Part shown: one piece after another, positions 62,315 to 64,000 of the stretch
Layout: each line of letters starts with the position of its first letter
Numbering within the stretch: position 1 is the stretch's first letter
From: an uncultured Acidobacteriota bacterium
GTDB taxonomy: Bacteria; Acidobacteriota; Thermoanaerobaculia; UBA5066
Reading direction: 5' to 3'
DNA length: 64,000 nucleotides
Assembly: GCA_963779415.1 (NCBI GenBank)
Contig: CAVZYA010000001.1
Location: 1,056,001 to 1,120,000, forward strand
Translations under genes and position numbers: made by a program
Notes under the pieces: generated by a model
Databases searched by the model: none
What the model saw: the letters and a program-made list of their open reading frames with translations, nothing else
Told to the model about the DNA's origin: nothing

Positions 62315-63054
62315 TGGGCCCCTCCCGCGGCGAGGTGGAGGGAGGCCTGCCGCCGTGCCGTCACCGGTACGTCGCTCAGGATCTTCCCGTCCCGGAACAT
62401 GACGATCCGCCTGGCGTACTCCGAAATGTCCTGCTCGTGCGTGATGAGGACGATCGTCTTCCCCTCCTCGTTCAGGCCCTGGAAGATCGCCATGACCTCC
62501 ACGGACGTTCTCGAATCGAGGTTTCCCGTCGGCTCGTCGGCGAGGAGAATGGCCGGATCGTTCACGAGGCTCCGCGCGATGGCGACACGCTGCTGCTGCC
62601 CTCCCGAGAGCTGCGCCGAGGTGTGGTCCCACCGGTCCTCGAGACCGCAACGCTTCAGGGAGGCCCGGGCGCGGGCTTCGGCCTCGGCGTCGGTCATCTT
62701 CGACTTCCTCGAGTAGAGGAGCGGAAGCTCCACGTTCTCGAGGGCGTTCGTCCGCGAAAGGAGGTTGAAGTTCTGGAAGACGAACCCGATCTTGTCGTTC
62801 CGGATCTCGGCGCGCGCGTCGCGGTCGAGGCTCGAGACGTCGACCCCGTCGAGAGAGTAGCGGCCGGCTGTCGGCCGGTCGAGGCAGCCGACGATGTTCA
62901 TGAAGGTCGACTTGCCCGAACCGGACGGGCCCATGATCGCCACGAACTCTCCGGTTTCGACCGAGATGCTGATGCCGTCGAGAGCACGCACCTCGGACTC
63001 GCCCATCCTGTAGATCCGGGTCAGGTCCTCGATCTTGATGACGGGGTGGCTCAC
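62311..63054 (-). CDS. MacB-like ABC ATPase
   Basis: GPSGSGKST, GFVFQNFNLL, LSGGQQQRVAIAR and DEPTGNLD. Confidence 0.93.
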   Translation of the reverse strand: MSHPVIKIEDLTRIYRMGESEVRALDGISISVETGEFVAIMGPSGSGKSTFMNIVGCLDRPTAGRYSLDGVDVSSLDRDARAEIRNDKIGFVFQNFNLLSRTNALENVELPLLYSRKSKMTDAEAEARARASLKRCGLEDRWDHTSAQLSGGQQQRVAIARSLVNDPAILLADEPTGNLDSRTSVEVMAIFQGLNEEGKTIVLITHEQDISEYARRIVMFRDGKILSDVPVTARRQASLHLAAGGAQ

Positions 63055-63068
63055 GCGCGCTCCATGGG

Positions 63069-64000
63069 TCAGAACGGCCGCCGGCCGCCCGGCCCACTGC
63101 CTCCCTGCACTCCGGCTCGCGCCGTGGCGAGGCCGACGACGATCTCGTCTCCTTCCTTCAGTTCGGACGATTCGGCCGCCGTGTAGTTGCCGTCGGTGAT
63201 CATCGTCTTCAGGCTCACGGCCTTCAGCTTCCCCTTCGTTCCCGGCACCTCCACGTAGACCGTCCCGGAGGAGGAGGAAGCCGTCCGGGTCCCGGCCGAC
63301 GGACCGCCTTTCCCCGCCGCCTTACCCGGCGCCGGGCCGGCCGCCGGAGCCGTCGATGCCGAGGCCCGCGCTCCCCCTTCCGCCTTCGATGCCGGCGCCT
63401 TCGCGCTCTTCTTCGAAGGGTCGACCCAGAGGTCCGCCGAGTCCGGCCTGAAGCGCAACGCGGAGTTCGGGATGCGAAGGACGGCCTGGCGCGTATCGAC
63501 CGGGACGAGGACGTTCGCCGTCATTCCCGGTTTGAGCTTCAGGTCGGGATTCGGGACGTCCAGCATGACGGGGTAGGTCACGACGTTCTGGACCATCTGC
63601 GCGGAGAGGCGGACTTGCGAGACGACGGCCTTGAAGACGGCATCCGGAAAGGCGTCGACGGTGAAGGTCGCGACTTGACCCAGCTGGATCTGGCCGACGT
63701 CCGCCTCGTCGATGTTCGTCAACACCTGCATCTTGGTCAGGTCCTGCGCGATCGTGAAGAGTACCGGCGCCTGGAACGAGGCGGCCACGGTCTGGCCGAT
63801 GTCGTAGGCGCGCGTCACGACGACCCCGTCGATCGGCGACGCGATCTTCGTGTACGACAGATTCGTCTCGGCCTGCCTGAGGGTGGCCGAAGCCTGCTCG
63901 ACGGCGGCGGCGTCCGAGTCCCGGGTCAGCTGCGCCGCGTCCAGGTCGGACTGGGCCTCGAGCTCCTGCTTGAAGAGGTTCTTCGCGCGGGTCAGGGAGA
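63069..64000 (-). CDS. MacA-like periplasmic adaptor (membrane fusion protein), 5' end outside the window
   Basis: SPIDGVV, GQTVAASFQAP.LF.IA.DL, IDEADVG, FTVDAFP and LKPGMTA. The frame is open to the window edge. Confidence 0.92.
   Translation of the reverse strand, partial: SLTRAKNLFKQELEAQSDLDAAQLTRDSDAAAVEQASATLRQAETNLSYTKIASPIDGVVVTRAYDIGQTVAASFQAPVLFTIAQDLTKMQVLTNIDEADVGQIQLGQVATFTVDAFPDAVFKAVVSQVRLSAQMVQNVVTYPVMLDVPNPDLKLKPGMTANVLVPVDTRQAVLRIPNSALRFRPDSADLWVDPSKKSAKAPASKAEGGARASASTAPAAGPAPGKAAGKGGPSAGTRTASSSSGTVYVEVPGTKGKLKAVSLKTMITDGNYTAAESSELKEGDEIVVGLATARAGVQGGSGPGGRRPF

Overview
This is a very GC-rich, gene-dense stretch of core chromosome from a diderm bacterium. Gene content and lineage-typical domains suggest Acidobacteriota, probably Thermoanaerobaculia-like (inference). 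Left to right it holds: a truncated Ycf46-type AAA+ ATPase divergent from a long pentapeptide-repeat protein; a GldA/GldF/GldG/DUF4340-type ABC cassette; an EamA transporter and hydrolase; gatC-gatA-amidase; a degenerate histidine kinase, a tRNA nucleotidyltransferase and a PilT-like ATPase with a coiled-coil tail; lexA-hydrolase-M61 peptidase; argR-argCBDGHJ with tandem ARG boxes; an ECF sigma/anti-sigma pair; TetR; tRNA-Pro(CGG); ggt; a Ser/Thr kinase; an EF-G paralog; vapBC; the envelope operon lysS-lolC/E-lolD-clpC-bamA-skp-lpxD-fabZ-lpxA; hpt; ridA; a secreted PA-domain metallopeptidase with a small partner behind a sigma-54-like promoter; ltaE; an MBL hydrolase; a sensor kinase; and a MacAB-type efflux cassette. 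I saw no integrase, transposase, prophage or CRISPR array. At least nine genes, including essential lysS and gatA, have frameshifts, best explained as assembly indel errors. The best leads are: (1) a 15-bp palindrome, CCGAA-N5-TTAGG, shared by the lexA and ECF-sigma promoters, a candidate new SOS box; (2) a duplicated C-terminal module on the secreted peptidase that may be an undescribed sorting or anchoring domain; (3) a pseudo-kinase / CC-adding enzyme / PilT-coiled-coil cluster; (4) repeated leaderless promoter architecture. All calls come from reading the sequence by eye; no searches were run.
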